A stretch of 64,000 bases of DNA from Octopus sinensis (taxonomy: Eukaryota). How positions within the stretch are numbered: the first letter of the stretch is position 1; each line of letters starts with the position of its first letter. A program made the position numbers and the translations under genes. Below are positions 1 to 11,899 of this stretch, in pieces. The notes beneath the pieces are model-generated. The model had not been told where the DNA came from. It searched no databases and saw nothing but the letters and a program-made list of their open reading frames with translations. The stretch covers positions 62,001 through 126,000 of the forward strand of contig NW_021833064.1 in assembly GCF_006345805.1 (NCBI RefSeq). Reading direction: 5' to 3'.

Positions 1-63
1 TTAAGAAAAATTAATTGTGTACTCATTTGAAATACGATATTGCTATTTTATTAAATTCGACTT

Positions 64-390
64 TTCCTTTCAGGGAAGCCAAGTTCCTGGTTTGGGACGC
101 CACCCCCGTTTATTTTATTCGGCGACGATGCTACGCAAGACCTGCAGTAACTTGGGCTACGCCAGTGATCATGCAGCAATGTCACAAGACCGAAATATTT
201 GTGTATTCCTAACTTTTTTAAGTTTTAGCCCCCTGCCTTCGAAACCTCAGGAATCGTCGGCAAGGCCGCAACTTAATTCCTCACTGACATTGGTAGGAGA
301 ACTTCCTCAAAAACAAAGGATCGGATGGAGACGAGCTGGCTCTTCCAGCAAATCTCGGTCGCCGTGCTTCGCAGAAACTGTTATTTAAAA
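64..390 (+). mobile_element. CRE-like non-LTR retrotransposon 3' fragment (restriction-like endonuclease region), degenerate
   Basis: Translates across frames to LVWDAT...ETSGIVGK...WLFQQISVAVLRRN, the motif set shared by the other copies in the window. Confidence 0.65.
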
Positions 391-502
391 AGTATTCTTT
401 GAGCTTTTCCACTTACCCTTGCTAGCATCTAATTTTGTTCCTTAATATGTTTCTGTTTTTAATTTTTAATTAAAAAATAAAGAAAAATGAAAATTGTAAA
501 AA

Positions 503-573
503 TGCGCCAGCCGGGAGTCGAACCCGGGTCGCCTGCTTGGAAGGCAGGTATAATACCGTTATACAACTGGCGC
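503..573 (-). tRNA. tRNA-Gly (TCC)
   Basis: Reverse complement GCGCCAGTTGTATAACGGTATTATACCTGCCTTCCAAGCAGGCGACCCGGGTTCGACTCCCGGCTGGCGCA folds as a cloverleaf with TCC anticodon and GTTCGA T-loop, followed by a T-run (Pol III terminator). Confidence 0.95.
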
Positions 574-841
574 ATTTGTATAACACTATTAATTATAGAA
601 TAGATTTCGCCTCATTTATAAATTATAAAATGTATAAGATTAATGTGAGACCGCTCGTTAGGTTTTCTATATTTAAAAAGTCGTTTGATAGAAGCAGTCG
701 AGATGTGAATATTTCTGCTTACACATTATAAAAGTCGTTTTCACATTATAAAAGTGTTATTTTCAATAAAGGATTACTTTTGATCAATTTGTTTGTGATT
801 TAATTTTAAGAGTTTCAGATATAAATTTCTTTGGCGTAGTC

Positions 842-1033
842 CTAAAAGAGTTTCGCTTGAGCCATCCTTCCAAACGCCACTTTGTTCCTGTCCCTCGTTT
901 GACCATCATCCAGATCACCTGCCACTACCAATTTCCAGATGTCAATTTTGTGACGAGACAAATCCTCTGACAATCGTTTCCTCCGGAATAGAGATGAGGG
1001 CCCTCGAATATTATATGTGACGATTGTGAACAA
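842..1033 (-). mobile_element. Non-LTR retrotransposon APE endonuclease N-terminal fragment
   Basis: TIVTYNIRG...LSRHKIDI matches the start of LINE APE domains; truncated. Confidence 0.55.
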
Positions 1034-1134
1034 AAACTAAGGTCTTTCTCACGAATCAAAAACTGAAATTTTGTATAAGAAAAATAAAGCTGATTAATTA
1101 ATTTAAAATAAAAATATTAATTAATTGAGATTAA

Positions 1135-1325
1135 ATGCCTGAACTGTGTCAGTCACTCGCATGTGACATCCAAAAGTGTCTGCAGAGTAATTAGAGAACA
1201 TTGACTGTTAACTAGGAAATAATTATGACCAGGATAAATGCGAAGAGGCAATTCTATTATTGAAGGCATGTTGTGCGAGAATTGGTTTTACTTCAAAATG
1301 TTGTTCTGGCTTTAATAAATCTTGA
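1135..1325 (+). CDS. CMC4: Cx9C motif protein 4 (p8 MTCP1-like), 2 exons, 53 aa
   Basis: Exons 1135-1186 and 1216-1325 with a 29-nt GT-AG intron give MPELCQSLACDIQKCLQRNNYDQDKCEEAILLLKACCARIGFTSKCCSGFNKS, with twin Cx9C and a C-terminal CSGF; absent from the ORF track. Confidence 0.85.
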
Positions 1326-1913
1326 TTGGGAAGTTTTTTATAATAATTCGGTCTTAATTTGTACGAATCTCATCGTCATTCTAGATAATCAGTTCACCTA
1401 TTTTGTCCAAAGTAACTCAGAAATTTTTAAAGGCCATAATTATTTGAGATTCGCTGACCCGATTTTTCCATTAGAACGACTAGGAATTAGAAAAATAATA
1501 AAAATCATTTGTAGATATCTCACTCAATTTTGTACTATTGATATTGGATAGAAATTTGACTATTACTAACTTTTTTTTTATTTCTGTCATCTTTTTTTTT
1601 TGTTACTAACTATTAAAGATTTTTTAAACTATTGAATAGAAAAAATCAATATTTTTTAATGCCAATGAAGTCTATGAAAAATGATTGTATTTTAATCAAT
1701 TTGCTAGAAAACAGCTTTGAATATAGATATATGATAATCAAAGCCAGTGACATAGCAACAAATACTCTCTGAATTAATTACTAATTGTTGGAAGAAAATT
1801 AATGAAAGTCGTTTTTCGAACACTGTTATTAGTGAATAATGAATTGGAGAGTTTGGATAACATAACTAAAAATATAATTACTGAAAATGAAATAAAAAAT
1901 GATGAGGAGAATA

Positions 1914-3385
1914 TAGGGTTTTCCACACTTTTTCGCTACTTTTCCAAGCAATTCCGTCACTTTTTCAAGCAATTTCGCCATTTTTTCAAGCAATTTTGCC
2001 CAATTCTTAAAAATTTATTATTTAGAAATATACTCGTTTTACTAATATAGATTTTTGTTTATAGCTCTATGAATGAATTATTATTTATTCAAAAAGGAAA
2101 GCCGAAAAAGATAGCAAAATTAATGAGACAAAAGAATCATTAAGTTTAATCAATTTCTAATGGATCAGTTCTTTTTGCAATGATTTTGCTACATAATGTA
2201 ACATATTTCGAATGAATCCATTACAATCATTTTCTGTAATTGATTCAAAGCCCTCATTAATTAAAATAAACAATTCATTTTCTTTTTTTGCATTTCCTCT
2301 GATTATATGATTCTTCCATTTTGAAAAAACATTTTCAATTGGATTTAAAAATGGTGAATATGGTAATAGATATAAAATTTCCAGATTTAATTCACTCATT
2401 TTTGATTTTAACAGTTTGTAGTGGTGTATTTTAGCGTTGTCCATAATAAAAACTGGGGATTCAATTCCATTGTCAATACACGCAGATTTTAAGTTAACAA
2501 TGTAATTCACAAAAAATTCTTTATTTATTGGTCCATTGTGTAATTCTTTCATGATCATTCCATATTTATTCATGGAAGCAATAACGGAAAAATTTCTGCT
2601 TCTTACAGAGGCGGTGACTAAATATGGAATTGAACCCATTTTTGCTCTCCCTTTTTTAGTTCTTGATGATGTATTAAATCCAACTTTATCAATGAAAATA
2701 ATTTTTTGTCATCGATTTCAAGTAATTTTTTATTGAACTGCGTAGCATATTCGAATCTTAATTCCAACGTCCTAAGAGTATTTCTTGCTTCTGGTGCAAT
2801 AGTTATCATTTTAAGTGTGTAGTGAAACTGTTTTAAACATCGATGAACAGTGCTTTTGCTGATGGCTAAATTTTGTTCTGAAAAAAATTTATTTTGTAAA
2901 TCACGTAATGTTATCGTAGGGTGACAATCGACCCATTCTCTAATTTGATTTTTTTTGATTTTCATTCAGCTTTGATTATCTATTTCCACCTGTTGGTTTT
3001 TTAAATATTCTTTCCTCATTATGAAATGTGTTAACTATTGAAACTATTGTACTCCTTGGAAGTTTAAGTATTTTTGAGATTTCCGTATTGCTTAGTCCTG
3101 AATTTGAGTGAGTTATTATCAATCTTCTAGTATCATTGTTAATTTTGTTTCTACTCATGACAAAAAATGTAGTGTTTAATAGGTTTATAAATGTATTTAA
3201 TTGACATAAACAAGGGAAATTTATTTCTAAAAAATTTGGCAAAATTGCTTGAAAAAATTGCGAAATTGCGTGAAAAAGTGACGGAATTGCTTGGAAAAGT
3301 AGCGAATTTGCTTGAAACAGTAAACCGATAATCTACTTTACACGAAATTGCGTGAAAAAGTGGCGAAAAATTGTGGAAAACCCTA
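1914..3385 (-). mobile_element. IS630/Tc1-like DD34E DNA transposon, frameshifted transposase
   Basis: About 30-bp imperfect TIRs (TAGGGTTTTCCACA... at 1914; ...TGTGGAAAACCCTA ending 3385) flanked by TA; three ORF pieces (2976-3242, 2618-2965, 2157-2639) with HTH and DNAKIHH...YSPFLNPIE (D-34-E). Confidence 0.85.
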
Positions 3386-4384
3386 TATATACGACTGAGT
3401 AAAATGTACCTATTCTCGTTTGGAAACGACTGAGTAAAATGTACCTACCTTCGTTTTTGGCTAACACAATTCAGCTTAAGACGATATGGCTTACGTAGGC
3501 GATTCATAGATACCTATAAATACAAAAAATGATACTTATTAAAGGGATTCTACAAATTTTTATTCCAGAAATGGTCAATTTTTAAATTCATAGTTATGAG
3601 CAAGTCCTCTTAAATATTCTATCGGACTTATATTGTCAATTTTGAATACCAGTTCAGCATTATTGTCAGCTTGCTAAGGATTTCGAAACTTAAAATGTTT
3701 GTGTATTCACCAATCCTTTCAATAGAAACAAATGATAAAGCAATTATCATTTTACCTCATAGTGCAAAATTCGGGTCATTTATGTATCTATTCCTTAACC
3801 CCAAAGATTTAATATGTCTGTTTATATGAAGATACAATATGCCGAAACGTTTCTACGCCGAATCGTCCAACACTGAATAGTCTTTCTCAAAATTTTCTAC
3901 GCTGAATCGTCTTACTCCGAATAGTTCTGCACTCAAGATCAAAATGAAGTATCTGTTCTTTCCAGCTCTGGGACGTTCTTACATGAGGCAAGATATAATG
4001 CTTTTTTTGCCTCGGTGTGCGCTGCGAAGTTTGCTTCCTCCATACCACGCGTCCTCTCAGTATTGCAGTACTTCCGGTTTGGGCGAATTTTTTTTGGGAA
4101 TTTTAATATCCTGCTTACAGTGTTATGGTGCGATTATCATGTCTCTAAAAAAGCATTTGATTTTCTTGTCTGGTGTTAGGCTGTATTGTTTGAACGATGA
4201 TAAATGAGCACTTCAAAGTTCAAACACTGATTTGCTGCAATTGTATTTTTCGAACATCTTGTATAACCAATTTATTCCTTAATTTTGCTGACAACATTAG
4301 AAGCTATCGTTAAGCTTTGTTGACTTGGATTTAGTCTGTCTTTTTGTTTACCAAGTTGGTATTTGTCAAAATTAATGTTGATTA

Positions 4385-4880
4385 ATTAAACCGGCGGGAA
4401 GTCGACACGATCGAGAAAGAGTTAGAGCGTACTATCGCGAGGGATATCCGCTCGAAAAACCATCTCGATTTGCGGTCGTCGCCTGTGAGAGCGGACATGC
4501 GGGACCCGATCTCCTGAACGAAGCTGATTGCCTTTCCGCCCAGGGAACCGGGAGTCTAAACCGCGAATGGAAGGAATTGGAACTTCTCAGTAAGTGAGGA
4601 GTACTTCCGCATCTTTATGCATTCCGCGGTTGTGGCGATAGATCCAAGGGCGGATGCAGACATCAGCAGGTTCTGAGGTGAGAAAGAGTCCACACACGTG
4701 GCATCCCAGGTAAGAGGCTTCCCCCTGTTGAAGGGAAACACAGTGATCCCATCAGGCTTTTTCCCATCCCCCGATCGATCCCAGTGGGTTCAACTAAAAG
4801 GGGGATTCTGTCTTTTGAACTATGGTAACTAAAAATGGAATATAGTAACATGGAAGCTATGCAAACGAGCTCCATATTTA
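4385..4880 (-). mobile_element. CRE-like non-LTR retrotransposon 3' fragment
   Basis: LLVEPTGIDRG..GK.PDG...PFNRGKPLTWDATCVDSF...KMRKYSSL...FLPFAV motifs. Confidence 0.75.
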
Positions 4881-4959
4881 TTGAAGATTTATTGAGGCCA
4901 TCTTGGTCTAAATAAATAGTAGCGGTTCCAGATGATCCATTTGTTTGACATCCTTAGGT

Positions 4960-5310
4960 TAGGTAAACGAGACCAGTGTTAAGTACATGTCATTTCGTTT
5001 GTGATGACATGGGATGGAGTGGTCAATAAGTACCAAAATGTGAATCGAGGACATGCTTGTTCATTTTAACTAAAATCCAAAAAAATATTTTGTTAATTTT
5101 TTTGGCGGAAAAGGTTTTAGAACATCATCATTGAGGATATTTTTTATATGTTAGTTTTTTTGGTAGAAGATTTTTAGAGGACCTCATAATTTAGGGCTTG
5201 TTCCCCGTTATTGGCAAATTATAAGGGAAAAGGATCTTGAAAATTTATCTGTATTTTGCTAATGTGAAGTTGGTGGGCACACACGTACACCATACCATTT
5301 ATTGTTAAGA
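4960..5310 (-). mobile_element. Helitron 5' fragment, same family as 48013-50998
   Basis: Reverse complement starts TCTTAACAATAAATGGTATGGTGT...CACCAACTTCA, matching 48013 onward, and carries diverged copies of the 93-bp unit. Confidence 0.7.
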
Positions 5311-5607
5311 AGTCAATCACAAGATTTTGTTAATTCTGGAATGTATACGTTTTATTTAGACTATTTAAAACTGGTTATCAAATTCCTTTCTATTCTGCGT
5401 TAAAAATTGCTCCCTACTTATAAGGAAAACAAAGGCCGGTATACCACCGTCTTATAAGGGTGTCTCATTTTAAATTCCTCAGTTTAATTTTATTAATTTG
5501 TTCTTATAATTAGTAAAAAATGTTTTTAATTATTTTTAAAAGTGTTTCTTTCTGGTTGTTTATTTGGATATCAAAGTTGTGCAATTAACTGCATCGATAG
5601 CAAATCC

Positions 5608-6201
5608 ATGTTAAAAAAATTATTAATTGCCGAGAAAAAAATGAAGGCGTCATCTCACTTATCAATCTTATTGTCAGAATTTTCGATGGTTTATATTTTT
5701 GATAGATAGTAGGTTTTTTTTGTCGAAACTGCTGCGGATTATTTTTATGAAGTTCCATTCCCTCTTACTGTTTGTTTTATAATCTGCACGATTTTGTTAG
5801 TATCCATCCATTTACTAGCACTTGTTATGAGCATTTTTTTAATTCCTTACATCAACGACTCTGTGCGCTCGCTTATTATAAAACAGCCTATCAAATACGC
5901 ACAGGCAAAGGATCTTTTTCCAAGTGTAAATATTTCCTGGATAATGTCGACTCAACTTGGACTTTTATTATTTTCAGTGGACATGTCTCTAATTTGTTTT
6001 ATTCGTTTTTATAGAAATGGATTGGTTTGGGGTTCTATTGGTTTTATTGTGGTAATTTCTACGGTTATTTGGATGTTTGTTATTGCTCGAAGAATAAACA
6101 TCAAGTTTAAAAAAATTAGAAATTTACAAAATTATCGCACCAAAAATTCTACAATTGAATGTAGTTCAGAGACACTTAATGAATTACTTTTAACCGAGTA
6201 A
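5608..6201 (+). CDS. ORAI: Orai (CRAC) calcium channel subunit, divergent; start may lie further upstream
   Basis: With a 24-nt intron (5689-5712): KMKASSHLSILLSEFSM|VFFVE (TM1), LLVSIHLLALVMSIFLIP (TM2), ISWIMSTQLGLLLFSVDMSLICFIRF (TM3), plus a fourth hydrophobic helix; these align with Orai TM1-TM4. Confidence 0.85.
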
Positions 6202-6717
6202 ACAGTAAATTGATTATTTTTCCTTTGGTTTACACAAAAATTTGTGTTTTTTTTGTTTTTTGCAATAATATTTCCTTATATCTTTATTTAATAAGAAATG
6301 CTCCCTTCACAGATACTTTGAAAAAAGTACATCCCAGTAAATTATTTTTATTTTTGGATAAGTAACTTGGCTATTCTCCGAGGCGAGTACTTTTAGACAA
6401 ATTTAGGATATTTAATAATTGGAGGTTTGTAAAAAATGACGAAGAAACTAGCTTGGTGTTTCTAGAGTTTGTAATTTTGATTTTGTATACCTTATTTTTT
6501 ATTGAATAACTTTCTATTTTAATTACTGTATTTAAAATTTTAAAGTATTAACGCGAAAGAAAAGAAATAAATAATCCAATATTTATCAATCTATATAATA
6601 CTCTTTTACTGCGTCGTAATGAACTACTTCATTTGAGTAATCGTGCTACATTGATTATCGTGACATAACTGGATACAAGAGTATGAATGATGAATATAGA
6701 AAATATCGAAAAAACAA

Positions 6718-9700
6718 TGTCACAGTCCAGGGCTGCGAGACGCCAAGGCTGCGAGGTTTTGAAAATATTAATAATTTAAAAAAAAATACATTTCTGAAGT
6801 TCTTTTGTTGATCTCTTCAATAAATATCTAAAATTATTAATTTTTTCTTAATTATTTCAGAGATTGTGATTTCATGAAAACCAACATATCACCAAAATCA
6901 TTGATTTAACGTAGCGTTTTTTGATTCTATTAAAAAATTCACGGAAAATGGTTAACCAAACTAATTTTTGCGACGAAATCTATTAAAAATATTAATTAAA
7001 ATTTATAATATTAAACTTATAAGACTAAACTAACCGACAGCCCTACGGGCAGATCTTTCAGCTTGCTACTAGACCCTATGCGGCCTTCGGCCGCGGTATT
7101 TTTGATACCCTAACTTTCTAGAGAGGTATTTTTCCAAAACATTCTCTTAGACCCAAAAAAATAAAAATCAAAAAATTAAGGAAATTTAAGTTATTACAAC
7201 TTTTTTACGCGGCTTATATGAACGGTGTTTTCTATTTCTTCATCATCAAGAATGGTGATCATCTCTCCGTCAGTGTTTGTTACTTATATTTTTTTGTTGA
7301 AATTTGGTCGTACAGCGGATATTTTCTATTACCCACCCTGGTTTGCGTCCATCGTGACGTATTAAAATCTCATCACCATGTTCAATTTCGTCGTGCTTCC
7401 ATCTTCTTCTTTCTTCTTCGCTTTTTCATTTTTTCGCCAGATTTAACAATATTTGCGAGGGCAATTTTTCGTTTTTCTTCTTCACCCTCCAAATTTTTTC
7501 GAGGCGAAGTAGAATGGATTTCCGCGTCTTCATTGTGACCATCGAAACCTAATAGTGCTTCCAATTTCTTTTTTTCGTATTTTTTGGAAAGATCCACATT
7601 GAAAAATATTTCGAAGGGTCTCTGCTTTGTTGTATCGTGAGTAGAATTGTTGTAATCACGAACAACATCTTTTAGGAAATGGATGTAGCATCCAAAATTT
7701 CCTCTCGGCCCACTAGAGGATGAGATCCATCGTTTTATTGACTGATTAAATCTATCTGGATTAAGCAACAAAAAATACCGTTCGACTTGTCCCTGTATCC
7801 ATGGAGCTCGTGGCCGTCCAGAAACATGAGAAATGTTATATTTTTCGCAAAGTTGTTCCATATGAGAATTTTTGAATTCCTTTCCGTTATCGGTATGAAA
7901 AATAATCGGAGGTCCAATTATGCAAAAAATTCCATTCAGGATTCGGGAAATCTCAATTGCAGATTTGCTAATGGCACTTTCTACTACACCGAATTTAGAA
8001 AAAGAATCAATTAAAACAAGTATCTGTTAATTATATTCAAAAATAATAAACCCAGGAATAATTTTCATTTTGTGCAGAATATCGCCTTAAATCAACAAGA
8101 TCTACGATGTACCGGTCTCTCGGTGCATAAGCAATGATAGGCGTAATTATAGGTTTGGTAGCAAGCATTCGTTAGACCAGGCCTGGCCAACCCAAATCGC
8201 ATCGCGGGCCACTTTGTCCAAATGAATCCTTTCCGCGGGCCGCATATACATGTACATACTAAGGATAGATATCAAAACAACACAGATAAGATTTTATTTA
8301 GTAAAATAGCATTCAGTCCAATATACGTATCAATGAGAAATCTGTTTTTTTTTTATCTTCACTTAATTTTTTCAAATCAACTTCACAATTACTAGTTGCA
8401 CATCTTAATTGGTTTTCTAAGTTTTTATCTGTTAAAGAAGATCTATATCTACTTTTACTAAACTTTAATTTCGAAAAGAATGATTCACATACGTAAGTAG
8501 ATCCAAAGGAGCTTACAACTCTTTGTGCAAAAATTCTTAAGTTGGGATATTTTTCTGCAGTCACATATTTGTTATAAAAGTCAATTTTGGATATAGTAGG
8601 ATAAACAAGTCTTAGTTCACTGTTGCACTGTAGGTCAATTATTTCCGTCTGCAAAGTATTTGAAACAATAGAAACGTCAACATGAAATGGAGAAGAAAAT
8701 GTTTCAAACATTTTCTCATATTTTTTTAGTTCCGAGAATCGACTGTCAAATGCTGCACCAAGATTTTTTATTTCATCAGCGTACTTGAAGAAATTTTTAC
8801 AATGGCTGATTTTAAATTGATTTAGCGTTGGAAAATGTTGATCATTTCCATTTCTTATTTGACATTCAAACAATGACAATTTCATTCGAAATGCTTTGAC
8901 TTGATGGCATGCATTAGTAATCAAATTATCCTGTCCTTGTAACTCCTTGTTTAATTGATTAATTTTTTCGGTTATATCTACCAAAAAGCACAGATCTAGC
9001 ATCCATTCTTCATCATTTAATTCAGTTAATGTCATTTTCTTATGCATCATAAAACTTTTGATTTCTTCTCTCAAGTCGAAAAAACGTTTTAAACATTTTC
9101 CGCGACTCAGCCATCTGACATTGGAAAAATACACAAGATCACCATAGTGAGAATATAACTCGTTCAATAATTCTTTAAACTGGCGATGTTGAAGTGCATG
9201 AGAACGAATGAAGTTTATAGTTCTTACAACCACACTCATAACATGGTTCATAGACAACACTTGCGCGCACAAATTGTGTTGATGTATCAAGCAGTGTATT
9301 ACAAATAAATCATTTTTTATGCTTCTTGACTCCATCTCATCCATTATTAGCTTTACAACTCCTTTATTTCTTCCAATCATAGCCGGCGCCCCATCTGTTG
9401 TCAATCCAGCAAGGGTCTCTAAATTCGCTCCATTGTCGGATAAACATTTCATAACAGCTTGGAAAATATCTTCGCCCTTTGTAGTATCTTTCAAACTGAC
9501 AAGGTTAAGCATTTCTTGTTTCACTTGAAAAGATTCGGTAACTCCACGAATATATACTACAAGTTGAGACGTGTCTGATATATCCGTGCATTCGTCAAAG
9601 GCCAAAAAATAACTTTTGAAATATTTTATTTGATCACGCAAAGTCACCACAATTTCATTTGAAATGTCATTAACCCTGCGACATATGGTTTGACGTGACA

Positions 9701-10835
9701 AGCTAATGTTTGAAAACTTTTTAGTTTTATCTGGCAAAATGTCTTCACACGACAGCATCCAAACACTCTTTTACGAATTCTCCATCCGAAAATGATTTCA
9801 TTCTCTTTGAAATTATCATTGCAACAGAGTAGCTTGCTTTAACAGTATCAGAAGAAGAGTGTATCGATGAATTTAATAGTCTTTGCTGATTTCTCAATCA
9901 GATTTAAGCGAATCCAGTTTCCTTGTTTTCAATTCCTTACTAAATTTCGCGTATTCGGAATGCTTTGTTTCATAATGTCTTCTTACATTGTACTCTTTCA
10001 CCACCGATACTTTCTCCTTGCAAATTAAACATGTTGGCTTGGAATTATGCATTATAAAAAAGTAATCTTCTTCCCATGATTGCTGAATTGCCTGTTTTCT
10101 TCAAAAATTTTCCTTTTCTTCATATTGATAACAGCTACAAAAATAGATAAACTTTAAAATTTATTAAACTTATAAAATTTATCTTTATTTATTAAACTTA
10201 AGAAAAATTTATCTTGAATGTATTTATAGGTTAACTACATACAAAATTTCTCTCGCGGGCCGCACCAAACTCCATCGCGGGCCGCAAACTTGTTAAACTA
10301 AATAAATAACCTGACAATAAACGCATTTAGATACCACAGTGGCAACTTCACTACGTCTTGCACCATAAATCGACGGTGACAATAAACTATATAATTTATC
10401 TCGTCCAAAGTGGTTTAAATTGTGTTGAGCCTAATTTAAATCAGGAAATATCAAACTTCAATGTATTTGAGCTTTAATTCAGCTTCCTCGATACAAAAGA
10501 ATCGCAACTCTCGACCATTTTTAGCAATGTAGGCTGCGGAATTCTTGAAAGTGAAACTTTCGGCATATCGCTTGATTTTTGCCCTTTCCCTCCAGTCGAT
10601 GCATTCATCTAGTAGTCCGGATTCACTGAAATTCTTAATTTTTTGAATTGTTTCAAGAGTTAATTCCACTAGAACCATTTTTATAATTAATATTTAAATT
10701 AAAATTATATAATAAGTTTTATTTTTTATTATTAATAATTTTTTCCAATGAAAAGTTTTCTAAAAAAAATATTTTTTTTGCATTTTAAGCATTGACCTCG
10801 CAGCCCTGGACGGCTCGCAGCCCTGGACTGTGACA
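6718..10835 (-). mobile_element. Ginger-like DNA transposon with intron-containing retroviral-type integrase, interrupted by a hAT element
   Basis: Perfect 22-bp TIRs TGTCACAGTCCAGGGCTGCGAG (6718-6739, 10814-10835); 5-bp TSD AACAA on both sides; HHCC zinc finger and D,D35E core; introns at 10431-10456, 8024-8050 and about 7752-7778. Confidence 0.85.
8178..10290 (-). mobile_element. hAT transposon (GTF2IRD2/SPIN/Charlie-like) nested in the Ginger-like element
   Basis: TIR-like CAGGCCTGGCCAAC at 8178; GCGGGCCGC subterminal motifs at both ends; transposase from ATG 10123 (CLIC...RRHYETKH BED-type finger) continuing into ORF 8313-9758 (FDECTD, TTDGAPAM, CLIHQ, VRWLSRG, FGSTYVCESFFS). Confidence 0.9.
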
Positions 10836-11214
10836 AACAATATCAAAATTTCGAAAGAAAATGACATCAAAAGATTAAATAATAAAGAAAATTCTTTGAT
10901 TTCTTGCTTTTTAGACTTTCAGTCAAGTTTCCCAAGTTTACTGTCATAATCCCATTTAAAATTTGGTCCAATTTACATTGGGATTTTAAACTACTTGTAT
11001 TTTGATCGTAAAAATGTCACATTTATGCAGTTTTACCTTTTGTATTTAAATTATTTATTGAGCAATAGTCGTATCACAAATAATATGTGACATATTACTT
11101 TGTAAACAAGTGTTTTCTAATATTCATTTTTAACTTTATTTGGAAGTACTATCTTACCAGATTTTACGTTAAAAATTTGTATTTATTTTTTTCCTAAAAA
11201 TATATAAATACAAA

Positions 11215-11880
11215 CTCTGCCAATCTCAAAAAAGGTGTCCTGCAGGGATCAGTTCTCAGCCCTTTGCTCTTCAATTTATTCCTGGCAGATGTACCAAAAC
11301 CCCTGCTTTTCGACGGGCAGACTAATTCTCTATCTTGACGACATCTTGGTTACGGATGTCTTAATGTGAGGACTCGGACACAAAAGGAGATTGTATTGGA
11401 GTAGACTTGAACCGTATCTGAGAGAACTAAAGATGTGATGCAGGAATAAATGCTTGAATTTCGCACGGAATAAAAGCTGTATTTATGAGATTTCGATTGG
11501 CCAAGACAGAAAACCGACGTTCAAAAATTAAGGAAACCTAATAACATCGTGGAACCTAGACTACTTTGGAGTAACAGTAGACATCACCGAGTCCTACAAA
11601 CTACGTGTAGACGCAAAGCGTAAACAATTTGCAAAGATCTTAAAAGGACTGAGGCGTTTCCGTCTTAACACAGAAACGTTTTTTTACGTTTACCGGAACT
11701 GCGTTCAGCTTCTACTAATATACGGATCGGACTGCTGGTATCAAACGGACGAAAGGAACCGTCTAATTGTCAAGCTTGAAAAACCAAACGATTTTCCTTC
11801 AAACTGGCATTCGGCCTGGAGCTCAGCAGTCCGTGAAGAATTTGCATAAGCAGAGTATTGACACAATAGACCAGATCCTA
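11215..11880 (+). mobile_element. Non-LTR retrotransposon reverse-transcriptase fragment, degenerate
   Basis: GVLQGSVLSPLLFNLFLAD followed by a DDI-like motif; multiple stops. Confidence 0.65.
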
Positions 11881-11899
11881 TTCATAAGTCGAATTCGTT

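Noticed and set aside
842-1033. tRNA-targeted LINE insertion upstream of tRNA-Gly
   Set aside because: A single truncated fragment with no TSD; proximity alone is not evidence.
1802-2050. ORF with FKQFRHF repeats
   Set aside because: Read-through of the transposon's TIR and subterminal repeats.
7030-7100. GC-rich hairpin (GCGGCCTTCGGCCGC) as a terminator or ncRNA
   Set aside because: Eukaryotic context; more likely a small TE end inside the Ginger element, and its boundaries could not be established.
7382-7861. Integrase as part of an LTR retrotransposon or Polinton
   Set aside because: No LTRs, RT, gag, polymerase or capsid; bounded by short TGT..ACA TIRs with a 5-bp TSD.
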